From an uncultured Acidobacteriota bacterium (GTDB lineage Bacteria; Actinomycetota; Acidimicrobiia; Spongiisociales; ZC4RG35), in assembly GCA_963828465.1 (NCBI GenBank), contig CAWHEU010000026.1, positions 1 through 64,000 on the forward strand: a stretch of 64,000 nt of DNA, written 5' to 3'. The stretch's first letter is position 1. Each line of letters begins with the position of its first letter. Position numbers and translations under genes: made by a program. The notes beneath the pieces are model-generated. The model was not told the DNA's origin, searched no databases, and was given only the letters and a program-made list of their open reading frames with translations. Of the stretch, positions 18,332 to 28,110 are shown one piece after another.

Positions 18332-19537
18332 TTGACCGACGGCATGCTGTCCGGTGTTGTCATTCTCGAGCTGGGTCAGGTGATCGCGGGCAACTTCGGT
18401 GGCGTGATCCTGGCCGACCTGGGGGCCGAGGTGATCAAGATCGAGCCGAAAACCGGAGACACGGCGCGCAATCCCACTATCGCCCCCCTGCACGATGAGA
18501 GCGCCATCCACCTGTTCATGAACCGCGGGAAGAAGAGTGTCGTCCTCGATCTCAAGGACGAGCGCGGCCTGGAGATGTTCTACGAGCTGGTCGAACAGGC
18601 CGACGTGGTCATCGACAACTTTCGACCCGGGGTCATGGCCCGTCTCGGTGTCGACCATGAGACCCTGAAGCAGCGCAACCCGGACATCATCACCTCGTCT
18701 GTGACCGGTTTCGGTGAGTACGGGCCGGCCAAGGACAAGGCCGCTTTCGATCTGGTGGTCCAGGCCTACAGCGGGCATGTCGACATCACCGGGCCCGCCG
18801 ACGGTGACCCGGCCCGGGTGGGAATACCCATCGCCGATATCGCTGGAGGCATCTACTCCTGCATCTCTGTGCTGGCGGCCCTGGTGGGCAGGGAGCTTCA
18901 CGGGAAGGGCGAACACGCCGACGTCGCCATGCTCGACACCCTGGTGTCCTTGCTCTCCTACGACGCGGTCGACCATCTCAACTCCGGGCGGAAGCTGACC
19001 CGGCTCGGCACCGCCCACGCCCACATGGTCCCGTGGCAGGCATTCCAAACCAGTGACGGGTATGTCGTCGTGGCGGCACGTGACGAGAAGTTCTGGCAGA
19101 ACCTGTGTGACGCCATCGGCCGGCCCGATCTGAAAGACGACCCCCGCACCGCCAACAACACTGCACGGGTGGCCAACCGGGAGGAGGTCGTGCCGATCCT
19201 GGCCGAGGTCTTCCTGACCAGGACCAACGCCGAATGGCTCGCCACCCTCGACGAATACGACATCCCCAATGCCCCGGTCAACGACATGGCCCAGGTCTTC
19301 ACCGACCCCCAGGTCCTGGCCCGTGACATGGTGGGGACCTACAAGCATCCCACCCTGGGTGACATCCGCTTCCCGCCCACGCCGATCAAATGGAGCGAGT
19401 GGGAGCGGCCGAACGAGCCCGCCCCGATGCTCGGCCAGCACACCATCGATGTCCTCACCGAGCGTCTGGATCTCGATGAGGCCGGAGTGCGAAGGTTGGC
19501 GGACGAGGGTGTGGTCAAGATCTGGCCGGAGACCTGA
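18332..19537 (+). CDS. Family III CoA-transferase (CaiB/BaiF)
   Basis: LADLGAEVIKIE, NRGKKS, DNFRPG, AAFDLVVQA, APMLGQHT. Exact start uncertain (18312-18344). Confidence 0.92.
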   Translation: MTDGMLSGVVILELGQVIAGNFGGVILADLGAEVIKIEPKTGDTARNPTIAPLHDESAIHLFMNRGKKSVVLDLKDERGLEMFYELVEQADVVIDNFRPGVMARLGVDHETLKQRNPDIITSSVTGFGEYGPAKDKAAFDLVVQAYSGHVDITGPADGDPARVGIPIADIAGGIYSCISVLAALVGRELHGKGEHADVAMLDTLVSLLSYDAVDHLNSGRKLTRLGTAHAHMVPWQAFQTSDGYVVVAARDEKFWQNLCDAIGRPDLKDDPRTANNTARVANREEVVPILAEVFLTRTNAEWLATLDEYDIPNAPVNDMAQVFTDPQVLARDMVGTYKHPTLGDIRFPPTPIKWSEWERPNEPAPMLGQHTIDVLTERLDLDEAGVRRLADEGVVKIWPET

Positions 19538-19547
19538 TAGGAGAGAG

Positions 19548-20504
19548 ATGCGTTTCGGGACATTCGTGCCACAGGGGTGGAAGGGCGACCTGGATGGGAT
19601 CCCGGCGGAGGGGCAATGGGATCGCATCCTCGAGTTCGCCCGGCTCATCGAGGACTCTGGATACGACTCGATCTGGGTCTACGACCACTTCCACACCCAT
19701 CCAGTGGTGAAACAGGAGAGCACCTTCGAGGCGTGGACCCTCATGGCTGCGCTAGCCGCCGCCACCAGCCGGGTCCGGCTCGGGCAGATGTGCACCTGCG
19801 CCCTCTACCGACCGCCTTCGATGCTGGCCAAGATCGCCTCGTCCATCGACGTGATCTCGGGGGGGCGGCTCGATGTCGGGATCGGCGCGGGTTGGTCGAA
19901 GAAGGAGTTCGAGGCCTACGGGTATCGCTATCCCTCCGATGGCGAGCGCCTCGACATGTTGGAGGAAGCGGTCCAGGTGCTGCTGGCGATGTGGACGGAG
20001 GACGAGGCACGGTTCATCGGCGAGCACTACTCGGTCGATGGCGCCATCAACCGACCCAAGCCGTTACAGAAGCCACACCCCCCGCTTTGGATCGCCGGTG
20101 GCGGGGAGAAGCGGACTCTGCGGATCGTGGCCAACTACGGCGACTTCTCGAATTTCGGGGACGACATCGATGACTTCCGTCACAAATCGAAGGTGCTGGC
20201 CGAACATTGCGACGCGGTAGGTCGGGATTTCGATGAAATCGGGCGCACCTGTCACCGGATGTCCGTGATCGGTCGGGATGATGCCGATCTGGGCCGCAAG
20301 CTCGCCGTGGCCGCTCGGCGGCGGGCGTGTGAGCCAGAAGAGTTCGCCGAGGAGCATTTCGTTGCCACGGTCTCCGAGGCGGTGCAGGAGATGGGGGAGT
20401 TCGTCGACGAGGGCTGCAGCGACATGATCCTCTACTTCTACGACATGGGGGAGGGCGACAGCATGGAGTTGTTCGCCTCGGAGGTGATCCCCCAGCTGCG
20501 ATGA
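19548..20504 (+). CDS. LLM-class (probably F420-dependent) oxidoreductase
   Basis: FVPQGWK, WVYDHFH, FEAWT, RLGQMCTC, DVISGGR, PKPLQKPHPPLWIAGGGEK. Confidence 0.9.
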   Translation: MRFGTFVPQGWKGDLDGIPAEGQWDRILEFARLIEDSGYDSIWVYDHFHTHPVVKQESTFEAWTLMAALAAATSRVRLGQMCTCALYRPPSMLAKIASSIDVISGGRLDVGIGAGWSKKEFEAYGYRYPSDGERLDMLEEAVQVLLAMWTEDEARFIGEHYSVDGAINRPKPLQKPHPPLWIAGGGEKRTLRIVANYGDFSNFGDDIDDFRHKSKVLAEHCDAVGRDFDEIGRTCHRMSVIGRDDADLGRKLAVAARRRACEPEEFAEEHFVATVSEAVQEMGEFVDEGCSDMILYFYDMGEGDSMELFASEVIPQLR

Positions 20505-22543
20505 GCGATCTGGGTCGGCTTCTCGACCCCAAGTCCATCGCCATCGTCGGTCTTTCCGCCGACTCCGCCAAACACGGAGGACGGGTTCTCGCCAACTTGC
20601 GCAAGCTTGGCTTCCCGGGGCAGGTCTGGGGAGTGAATCCGGGACTCCCCTCCGTCGAGGGGGTGAAGGTCTTCTCGTCCCTGAGTGACCTCCCCGATGC
20701 CCCGGATCTGGTGGTCTGCGCCGTCCCCGCGCATGCGGTGCGCAAGATCGCGATGGGGGCTGAGGGAGTGGGCGCTCTAATTGTGTTCGCCGGGGGCTTC
20801 GGCGAGTCCGGTGACGATGGGATGGCCCTCGAGTCCGACCTTTCCGAGTGGGTGCACCGTGTCGGGTTCCGGCTAGTGGGGCCCAACAGCGGTGGGGTCA
20901 TCCGGCGCTCCAAGGGCCTCGCCGCCTCCTTTCTCACCTGTCTCGATCGGAATGCGGGAGAGATCCGCTCCGGGCCGGTCGGGCTGGTCACTCAGAGCGG
21001 TGGCACCGGCAGCTATATCCACAATCTGGCCGCGGCCCGTGGCGGCGGGCTGGCGGTGTCGGTGTCGACCGGGAATGAGGCCGACATCCAGATGGGTGAG
21101 GCCATCTCGGCCGTGTCGGTCCTCGACGAGGTGAAGGTGGTGCTCGCCCTGATCGAGACCGTTCGCGACGGCCAGGCCTTCATCGAGGTCGTGCATGATT
21201 CGATTGCCGGCGGCAAGCCGGTCGTGGTGTGTCGCATCGGGACCGGGGATCGGGGCAAGGCCCTGATGACAACCCACACCGGAGCTTTGGCCCTGCCGGA
21301 GCGGGTGCTCCAAGGCGTGTTCGAGTCCCTCGGGGTGGTGGTGGGTGAGACTCCGGGCGAGGCCTATGACATCGCCGAGCTGCTGGCCCGGGCCCCTGTC
21401 CCCACGGGTGACCGCACGGCCATCGTCACCCATTCGGGGGGCATCGCCATCCATCTCGCCGATCTCGCCGAGCAGAGCGGTTTAGATCTGCGCCAGCCCG
21501 GGCCTGGTCTCAAGGCCGCGCTCGACCCACTTCTCGACCTGGGGACGGCCAACAACCCACTCGACATGGGGGGCATCATCGGGGGGCCGGGCCGGTTCGC
21601 CGAAGTCGTAGACGTCTTCGCCCGATCGGGCGAGTACGACGTGGTGCTGGCGGTGTCCACCGCTCATCCGCCTTCACACTCGGCTGAGCGCGTGCAGGCC
21701 CTGCTGGATCTGGAGACTCCGGTGCCGATCCTCCACCTATGGATGGCCGGCGACCAGGCCTCGGAAGCTCTGCGAGCTCTCAGAGAGGTAGGCGCCCCAG
21801 TCACCGACGAGCCGCGGGCTGCGATCCGGGCGCTGGCCGGGTTGGCCCGGCTGGCGAAATGGTCTGCGCCCAGGGAGGTGCAACCGATCGACCGCCCGTT
21901 CGAGGAATGGGGCTTGCCCCTGGTCGAAGGCACAACAGCTCGGACTACCGACGATGCCGTCGGCGTCGCAGAGCGTCTCGGCTACCCGGTGGTGGTCAAG
22001 GTCGTGGCGGGTGGCTTGGCTCACAAGACCGAGGTTGGAGGGGTCCGAGTGGATCTACGAGACGCCTCGGAGGTGGGCCGCGCCATCGACGAGGTGACAG
22101 CGGCGGCGACGGCCGCGGGTCAGTCTGTGGAAGGAGTGAGGGTGGAGCGGTATCGGCCCGGGCTGGAGGTGATCATCGGCGGTCTGGTCGACCCGGTGTT
22201 CGGGCCGCTCATCTCGGTCGGCATCGGTGGTGTGCAGACCGAATTGCTCGACGACGTCGTCTTCGCACCAGCACCGGTCGACGAGATCGAGGCGGCCGAG
22301 ATGATCGAGCGTCTTCGGGGGCGGGCGCTGCTGGACGGGTTCCGCGGGTCGCCCGCCGGGGACGTCGACGGGCTAGCCCGGATAGTCAGTCTGGTCAGCC
22401 GAGGGATGCCCGGATCCGACTTGCGAGAGGTGGAGATCAATCCGCTGATCTGGGACGGCGAGAGCTGGGTGGCAGTCGATTGGCTTGTCGTTCATGAGAG
22501 GGGAGACCCTGTGACCGAGGAGACGACAAGCTCAGGGACGTGA
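20501..22543 (+). CDS. NDP-forming acyl-CoA synthetase (acetate-CoA ligase family, fused alpha/beta)
   Basis: PKSIAIVG, GPNSGG, QSGG, STGNEAD, THTGALA (phospho-His), NPLDMG, GYPVVVK, HKTEVGGV, EINPL. Confidence 0.9.
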   Translation: MSDLGRLLDPKSIAIVGLSADSAKHGGRVLANLRKLGFPGQVWGVNPGLPSVEGVKVFSSLSDLPDAPDLVVCAVPAHAVRKIAMGAEGVGALIVFAGGFGESGDDGMALESDLSEWVHRVGFRLVGPNSGGVIRRSKGLAASFLTCLDRNAGEIRSGPVGLVTQSGGTGSYIHNLAAARGGGLAVSVSTGNEADIQMGEAISAVSVLDEVKVVLALIETVRDGQAFIEVVHDSIAGGKPVVVCRIGTGDRGKALMTTHTGALALPERVLQGVFESLGVVVGETPGEAYDIAELLARAPVPTGDRTAIVTHSGGIAIHLADLAEQSGLDLRQPGPGLKAALDPLLDLGTANNPLDMGGIIGGPGRFAEVVDVFARSGEYDVVLAVSTAHPPSHSAERVQALLDLETPVPILHLWMAGDQASEALRALREVGAPVTDEPRAAIRALAGLARLAKWSAPREVQPIDRPFEEWGLPLVEGTTARTTDDAVGVAERLGYPVVVKVVAGGLAHKTEVGGVRVDLRDASEVGRAIDEVTAAATAAGQSVEGVRVERYRPGLEVIIGGLVDPVFGPLISVGIGGVQTELLDDVVFAPAPVDEIEAAEMIERLRGRALLDGFRGSPAGDVDGLARIVSLVSRGMPGSDLREVEINPLIWDGESWVAVDWLVVHERGDPVTEETTSSGT

Positions 22544-23266
22544 TTGGCCCAGATGCCCGACGGGTCCCGAGCCGGGAAGTCGAACACGCCGATCATGAGC
22601 TGCATCGGATAGCCCGGCGATTGATCGATCCGGCGCACCGGCACCTCGTCGACGACGATCTCGATGGACTCGGGACTCCAGACGACCGCGTAGGTATGGC
22701 TCTCGGACACATCGACATTCAGACGCGGTGCCGAGAAGTCGCCCGACAGGTCCGGGTCGCGGAAGCTACGGATCCCCAACCCGACGGCCGCCGAGCCATC
22801 CTCGATCTCGTCGCCGAATACCTCGGCGACGAGGATCTCGCCGGAACGCTCGGGCCGGTCCTCGATCCCCGCTAGCCAGAAACCGAACATCGAGCGCGGC
22901 GTGAGGTCCCCGCGCATGTCCACCTCGATGCGGCCGAAACGGGGCGTGTAGCCCCAGAAGGTCGGTTGCTCCTCCCTCACCCTCAGCCCCTCCTTGAACG
23001 GCTGTTGGCCAATAGTCGAGCCGACCGGCCCGGCGAAGCTGCCTGTCTGGATTCCCGAGACCCGGAGTGGGTCGTCGTGGAGATCGGGGCACCAGAGGGA
23101 CTGATCGGGCGGGATCAGAAGGTGCAGCTCGCCGTCGTCGGATGGAATAGGTCGCCGCCGATTGCTCTCGCGAGCTCCAGTGGGGCAGGTAGTAGGGGAA
23201 CCACACCGCCGGGTCGAGGGCGTCGCCCTCGAATCGCTCGTCGAGCTCGATGTGATCGTCGGGCAT
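22492..23266 (-). CDS. Glycoside hydrolase family 16-like protein (apparent +1 frameshift near 23141)
   Basis: The MPDDHIELDERFEG...WFPYYLPHWS ORF joins, after removing one base, DDGELHL...VSGIQTG...GRIEV...FWLAG...GEILVAEVFG...HTYAVVW...YPMQLM. Confidence 0.7.
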
Positions 23267-23270
23267 CGCG

Positions 23271-24107
23271 CTACAGGGTGACGTCACCCTCGACGAGGAT
23301 GTGGGTGTCGCCACCGATCAGGATCCGATCCTCGGTGGGGCGGATGTAGACCCTCCCATGACGCCCGATCGCCGTGCCTTGGGCGATGGTCAGTGGCTCC
23401 GCGAGAAGCCCGGCCTCGCGTAGCCAGAAGGCGAGTGCCGCGTTGAGCGAGCCGGTGATGGGGTCCTCGCTCATCCCGCTGGATGGGGCGAGGAGCCGCA
23501 CCTCGTAGTCGCACTCCGAACCGGTGGGATGTGGACCGATGAACCCGATTGCGTCGAAAGTCGGCCAGCGCACCCTCGATGAGTCGAGTGAAAGCACATC
23601 CTCGGCGGAAGCGAGATGGATCGCAGGGAACACGGGGCCGTTGTCGAGCCGAGCCGATCGCACGATCAGATCGGGATCGATCCCGAGCGCATCGGTGATT
23701 GCCCGCAGCTGGGATTCCTCCAACGCCTCGATCGTTGTCGGCGGGGCCACGAAGGCCAGCCCACCGGTGACGTCGATGTCGACGATCCCGATGCCGCACT
23801 CCTGGCGCACTATGCCCGGTTCGTGAGGCTCACCGCCGACATGAAGCCAGGCTGCGCAGCTGCCGAGGGTGGGATGGCCGGCGAACGGCAGCTCCCGGGA
23901 GGGGGTGAAAATTCGGACTCGATAGTCGGCGGTCGGATCATCCGGTGGAAGCAAGAACGTGGTCTCGGCGAGATTGGTCCAGGCGGCGAATGCCTGGAGT
24001 TGGGAATCGTCGAGCCCCTCGGCATCGACGACAACAGCCAGACCGTTCCCCTGGGTCGGGATCGGGCTGAACACGTCGACCTGGATGAACCTTCGTGATG
24101 TCGCCAT
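23271..24107 (-). CDS. PhzF-family isomerase/epimerase
   Basis: VDVF, GNGLAVV, NLAETTF, RIFTP, ELPFAGHPTLG, EDPITGS. Confidence 0.92.
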   Translation of the reverse strand: MATSRRFIQVDVFSPIPTQGNGLAVVVDAEGLDDSQLQAFAAWTNLAETTFLLPPDDPTADYRVRIFTPSRELPFAGHPTLGSCAAWLHVGGEPHEPGIVRQECGIGIVDIDVTGGLAFVAPPTTIEALEESQLRAITDALGIDPDLIVRSARLDNGPVFPAIHLASAEDVLSLDSSRVRWPTFDAIGFIGPHPTGSECDYEVRLLAPSSGMSEDPITGSLNAALAFWLREAGLLAEPLTIAQGTAIGRHGRVYIRPTEDRILIGGDTHILVEGDVTL

Positions 24108-24157
24108 TACAGCGACGCTAATGCCGATGTCTGACGAGCTTCCTACATTGGCCGTCT

Positions 24158-24586
24158 GTGATCCGTCGTCGTCTCGATCTGATCGTTCTGTTGCTGCTCG
24201 CAGGGTTGGTCGCCGCGTGCGGCGATCCCTGTGAGGAGCGTCTTGGCGAGTACCCGCCCGATCACATCGTCGTCACCGGTGTGGAAGCCGTCGAGGTTCC
24301 CCACATCGGGTGGTCATGTCCCGGGTTCCACTCGGACACCATCGAGCCGCCACCGTCGGTCGCACCCGACCAGGACGGAAATATCCTGGTCGAGGTCACC
24401 ATGGAAGACGGCAGCACGATCGATGTCCGCTTCGGCAATCAACCCGTGGTCGTCGACCCGGCCCCGGTCGATGGCGCCAACTCGTGGGTCCTGGGGGTGC
24501 CCGCCTCCGCCCAGCCACTCGTCATTCGGCTCTGTTCGGAAGACGACGCCTGTGCTTTGTACTGGGCCAACACCTATGCGGGCTAG
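24158..24586 (+). CDS. Hypothetical lipoprotein
   Basis: Positively charged N-terminus, hydrophobic stretch and LVAAC lipobox, with extra cysteines. -10 TACATT lies just upstream. Confidence 0.65.
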   Translation: MIRRRLDLIVLLLLAGLVAACGDPCEERLGEYPPDHIVVTGVEAVEVPHIGWSCPGFHSDTIEPPPSVAPDQDGNILVEVTMEDGSTIDVRFGNQPVVVDPAPVDGANSWVLGVPASAQPLVIRLCSEDDACALYWANTYAG

Positions 24587-25506
24587 GAGCCGAGCAGGCC
24601 TCTGAGAGCAGCCAGGTCATCGTTGTCTGGAATCCACTCCGCGGCGAGTGCGTTTGCCGCGACTTGGCCCGGGCTGGTGGCGCCCGGAGCCACGGCGGGC
24701 ACGGCTTCCTGGGCCAGCAGCCATCCCAGAGCCACCTGGACCATGGTCACCTCCCGCTCCGAAGCTAAGCGCTCGACCCCTTCGACCAGGTCAAAGTTCT
24801 CGTCGGTGAGGAAATCCTGATATCGGTCCATCTTCAGCCTTCCCTGGGGCTCGCCGCCGCGTCGGGTTTTGCCGGTGAGCAACCCGTTCGCCAGCGGGTA
24901 GTAGGGGAGTAGGGCAACCCGGGTCTCGACGCAGAGATCGGCCAGACCGCTGGCTTCCGGCTCCCGATGGATCATGCTGTATTGCACCTGATCACATACG
25001 AAGGGCGGCGATCCCCGCTCGGCGGAGACCGCCAGAGCTTCGTTGAGCTGAGCCGGGTCGAAGTTGGAACACCCGATCTGGCGCACCTTCCCCTCGTCGA
25101 CCATCTCGCTCATCACCGCCAGCGTGTCCTCGATCGGCGTCTCCGGATCGGGGAAATGGACCATGAAGATGTCGACGAAATCGGTCCCGAGCTCGGAGAG
25201 GCTCCGCTCCAGGACCTTGCGGACATAGTCCGGCGCCGCTCCGCCGCTGCCCTCCCAGCCGGGGATGGGCACGCCAACTTTGGTAGCGATCACAACGTCG
25301 TCTCTCCGCCCTCCGAGGGCGGCTCCCAGAAAGGCCTCCGACTGGGCCTCGCCGTAGTTGCTGGCGGTGTCGAAATGGGTGATCCCGGCATCGAGGGCGG
25401 CGTTGACCACCGCTGCGGACTCCTCCTTGTCGAGGGCGCGCCCGAAGTTGTTGCAACCCAGTCCAACAACGGAGACCTCGAGATCCCCGATCCATGCGGT
25501 CCGCAT
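24583..25506 (-). CDS. Aldo/keto reductase
   Basis: GLGCNNFG, FDTASNYG, IATK, HFPD, IGCSNF, PYYPLANGLLTGK. Confidence 0.93.
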   Translation of the reverse strand: MRTAWIGDLEVSVVGLGCNNFGRALDKEESAAVVNAALDAGITHFDTASNYGEAQSEAFLGAALGGRRDDVVIATKVGVPIPGWEGSGGAAPDYVRKVLERSLSELGTDFVDIFMVHFPDPETPIEDTLAVMSEMVDEGKVRQIGCSNFDPAQLNEALAVSAERGSPPFVCDQVQYSMIHREPEASGLADLCVETRVALLPYYPLANGLLTGKTRRGGEPQGRLKMDRYQDFLTDENFDLVEGVERLASEREVTMVQVALGWLLAQEAVPAVAPGATSPGQVAANALAAEWIPDNDDLAALRGLLGS

Positions 25507-26516
25507 CAGGCGTCTCCCAGTGGCCGCAAGAAGCGCTCGGCATTGGATTGGAGAACCCGGGCACGGTCGATATCGGACATCTCGACCGCCTCCACGCCGC
25601 CAACCGGGTCAGTCGAGGCCATGTCGAAGGGGTAGTCGCTACCAAGGAGGACATGGTCCCAGCCCATCCTTCGCCCCAGCATCTCCAGCGAGAGCGGGTC
25701 GTGCGTCAGGCTGTCGAAGTACAGCATCCCGAAGTATTGGCGTGGGCCGGTCTCTGAGATGTTGACCTTGGGCTCGGGCCGGACCTTCCACCCGTGCTCC
25801 CAGCGCCCGATTTGATAGGGAGAGAATCCACCACCGTGGGTGAACCCGATTCGTAAGTCGGGGTGGCGGTCGAGGACCCCGCCGAATATCAGCTTGGCCG
25901 CGGCGATGGTCGACTCGAGCGGGATGCCAATCAAGTTCTGCAGGTAATAGGAGCTCATCCGGTCGGCGCCGGCAATCGAGCGCTGGTCCGAGTGGAACCA
26001 GACCGGGAGGTCCCGCTGCTCCAGGTCCGACCACAGTGGCTCCAACGACGGGTCGTCGACATCGGTGCCGTCGATGTTGGACCCGATCTGAACCCCGCGA
26101 ACTCTGGGGAACGCCGAGACCCTTTCGATCTCGGCGAGCGAGGCGGCGATGTCCTGAAGGGGAAGTGCGGCGAAGACATGAAACCGGTCGGGCTGCTCGT
26201 CGCTCAGATCGATCAGGGCGTCGTTCTGGATCCTGGCGAAGTCGGTCCCGACCTCGGGAGGCACGTGGTAGTGGAAGTTCGGTGGAGGAATGGCGATCAC
26301 CTGCAAGTCCACCCGCTGGCGATCCATGTCGGCCAGCCTGATGGCAGGTTCGAAGATGCCCTCGGGAAGGGGGCCGAGACGCTCCCGGCCCGGGTAGCGG
26401 AGGTACCGCCTGCCACCGTCCTCGATCAGTTCCGGACCATGGTCGGGATGGGCCGCCGCCATCCCGGTCAATGCCGCGGGGACGATGGCGTGTGCGTGGA
26501 TATCGATCGTCGTCAA
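25506..26516 (-). CDS. Amidohydrolase_2 (ACMSD-like decarboxylase/hydratase) #1
   Basis: IDIHAH, RLADMD, WFH, THGGGF, YFDS, LGSDYPFDM, NAERFL. Confidence 0.9.
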   Translation of the reverse strand: MTTIDIHAHAIVPAALTGMAAAHPDHGPELIEDGGRRYLRYPGRERLGPLPEGIFEPAIRLADMDRQRVDLQVIAIPPPNFHYHVPPEVGTDFARIQNDALIDLSDEQPDRFHVFAALPLQDIAASLAEIERVSAFPRVRGVQIGSNIDGTDVDDPSLEPLWSDLEQRDLPVWFHSDQRSIAGADRMSSYYLQNLIGIPLESTIAAAKLIFGGVLDRHPDLRIGFTHGGGFSPYQIGRWEHGWKVRPEPKVNISETGPRQYFGMLYFDSLTHDPLSLEMLGRRMGWDHVLLGSDYPFDMASTDPVGGVEAVEMSDIDRARVLQSNAERFLRPLGDA

Positions 26517-26554
26517 CGCAGGCGGGGGTCGATCGCGATCGGCACGACCCGACT

Positions 26555-27928
26555 CTATCCGGGCGCTGGGACCTCCGATATGACGAGCTTCACCTTGGCG
26601 GCATGACCCGGCTCCCGCTGGATGGTGACAACGGGGACGACCTGAACGGCGATCTCGGCGCCGGCATCGGCGACAGCAGCTCTAAGGGCAGCTGCCACCC
26701 GATCGATCAGGTCCGGGGAGGCGTCCCGGCGGGGGACGATCCGGACCAGCAGCTCGGCAGGCCGGTGGACGATCTGGTACTGCACCACCTCAGGGATCAA
26801 GGCGAACGGTGCCCGTAACAAGTAGGGATGCACCGAGACTTCGCCACCGCCCGGTGCCGGCAGGGTCAGCACGTCGTCGCTGCGACCGTCGATCCGCTCG
26901 ATGCGGTCATAGGGCCTGCCGCTTGGATCCGATCCATCGGCGAGCACGACAGAGTCGGCTAGCTCGTAACGGACCAGAGGCTCCGCCCGGTTGACCAGGT
27001 TGGTCAAGAGCACCTTGCTTCCCGGCACGCCGGGGGGAACCGGGTGGCCCTTCTCGTCCACCACCTCGACGATGGCCTCCTCGCAAATGTGAAGGCCGAT
27101 CTGGTCGAGTGACCCGATGGCGACGACGCCGACCTCGGTCGATGCGTACATGTCGACGGGTTTGGACCAAGCCATTTCGATCCGGTGGGCAGCGTCGTCC
27201 GTTAGAACCTCGGAGCTGGTCACCAGGACCTGCGGAGAGATGTCGAGTGAGCCGGTCAGCTGCTCTTCAGCGAGGACCGCAAGGACCGTGGGGTAGCTGA
27301 CTACGCATTCGGGCTGGTATTCGTTCAAGACGGCAGTCAGAACGGGCAGTGGATCGGTGACCGACAGCTGGGGTGCCCCGGCCCGTCCTTCCATTAGGGC
27401 GGCCGCGACCTGCCGGGAGAGATGCAGGGCGCTCGGCGCACCGATTCCGATGATCCGGGTCTCGCCCGTCACGCCGAGTCGAATGAATGAGCGGAGGAAG
27501 ACCCCGACCCAATGGGCGAACTCGTCCCGCGAGTAGACGAATAGACCGGCGAGACCGCTGGTTCCCGACGTGCTGAAGATCCGGTACTCGTCGAGGTACA
27601 ACTCGCCGGCATCGGCGCCCTCCAGGGAATTCTCCAGATCCTGACGTCTGAGCCGTGGATCGGTCACGATGTCGTCGAACTCCTCCACGAGCACCGACTT
27701 GGGCAGCGTGGGCAGATCGGCGAGCTCGGCCCCGGCGGCGTCACGGCCAAGGGCTTCCCGGTAGTAGGGCGACTTCTCGACAACATCCTCGATGAGGTGG
27801 CGGAGACGTCGCTCGCGGAGATCGTCCAGCTTCTCGCGGGGCCAGAAGTCCCTTTCCATGAGCTCCATGGCGTGCCGTTGCAATGCCTGCGGCGACAGTG
27901 GATCGGTCGTGGTAGTGGTGGCGGTCAT
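26555..27928 (-). CDS. Phenylacetate-CoA ligase-like adenylate-forming enzyme
   Basis: SPYYR, LPTLPK, STSGTSG, YASTE, LTNLVN, PLVRYELAD, IDGRSDD, AKVKL. Start ATG 27928 is coupled to the small upstream ORF. Confidence 0.88.
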   Translation of the reverse strand: MTATTTTTDPLSPQALQRHAMELMERDFWPREKLDDLRERRLRHLIEDVVEKSPYYREALGRDAAGAELADLPTLPKSVLVEEFDDIVTDPRLRRQDLENSLEGADAGELYLDEYRIFSTSGTSGLAGLFVYSRDEFAHWVGVFLRSFIRLGVTGETRIIGIGAPSALHLSRQVAAALMEGRAGAPQLSVTDPLPVLTAVLNEYQPECVVSYPTVLAVLAEEQLTGSLDISPQVLVTSSEVLTDDAAHRIEMAWSKPVDMYASTEVGVVAIGSLDQIGLHICEEAIVEVVDEKGHPVPPGVPGSKVLLTNLVNRAEPLVRYELADSVVLADGSDPSGRPYDRIERIDGRSDDVLTLPAPGGGEVSVHPYLLRAPFALIPEVVQYQIVHRPAELLVRIVPRRDASPDLIDRVAAALRAAVADAGAEIAVQVVPVVTIQREPGHAAKVKLVISEVPAPG

Positions 27929-28110
27929 TTGACGCTCCTCGCGACCGGCATCTGCTCCGCTACATGCATCATCTCCCTGAACACCATCTCGCATCTCGTG
28001 CAATGCAATCGAAATGCGATCGGGTCGGCGTTCTCGCCCTTCTCGATCTCGAGTAGATCTGCCTGAGTCTGCCCACAACCGGGGCAGGTGAATCCGACAG
28101 CAAGGTTCAT
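27925..28110 (-). CDS. Small zinc-ribbon protein (61 aa)
   Basis: MNLAVGFTCPGCG...LHCTRCEMV. ATGA overlaps with both the tetR stop and the ligase start. SD-like GGGGGA upstream. Confidence 0.7.
   Translation of the reverse strand: MNLAVGFTCPGCGQTQADLLEIEKGENADPIAFRLHCTRCEMVFREMMHVAEQMPVARSVK

Noticed and set aside
18128-19648. Long antisense ORFs (e.g. 18128-19648, 34794-35942, 51335-52606, 55490-56641, 56644-58005, 61139-62323)
   Set aside because: Shadow ORFs typical of high-GC coding DNA. They have no motifs and fully overlap well-supported genes.
23271-24107. Phenazine biosynthesis
   Set aside because: A lone PhzF-family gene with no phzA/B/D/E/G.
27925-28110. LysW/AmCP amino-group carrier protein
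   Set aside because: It has a similar zinc ribbon and size but lacks the C-terminal EDWGE, and no LysX/RimK ligase is adjacent.
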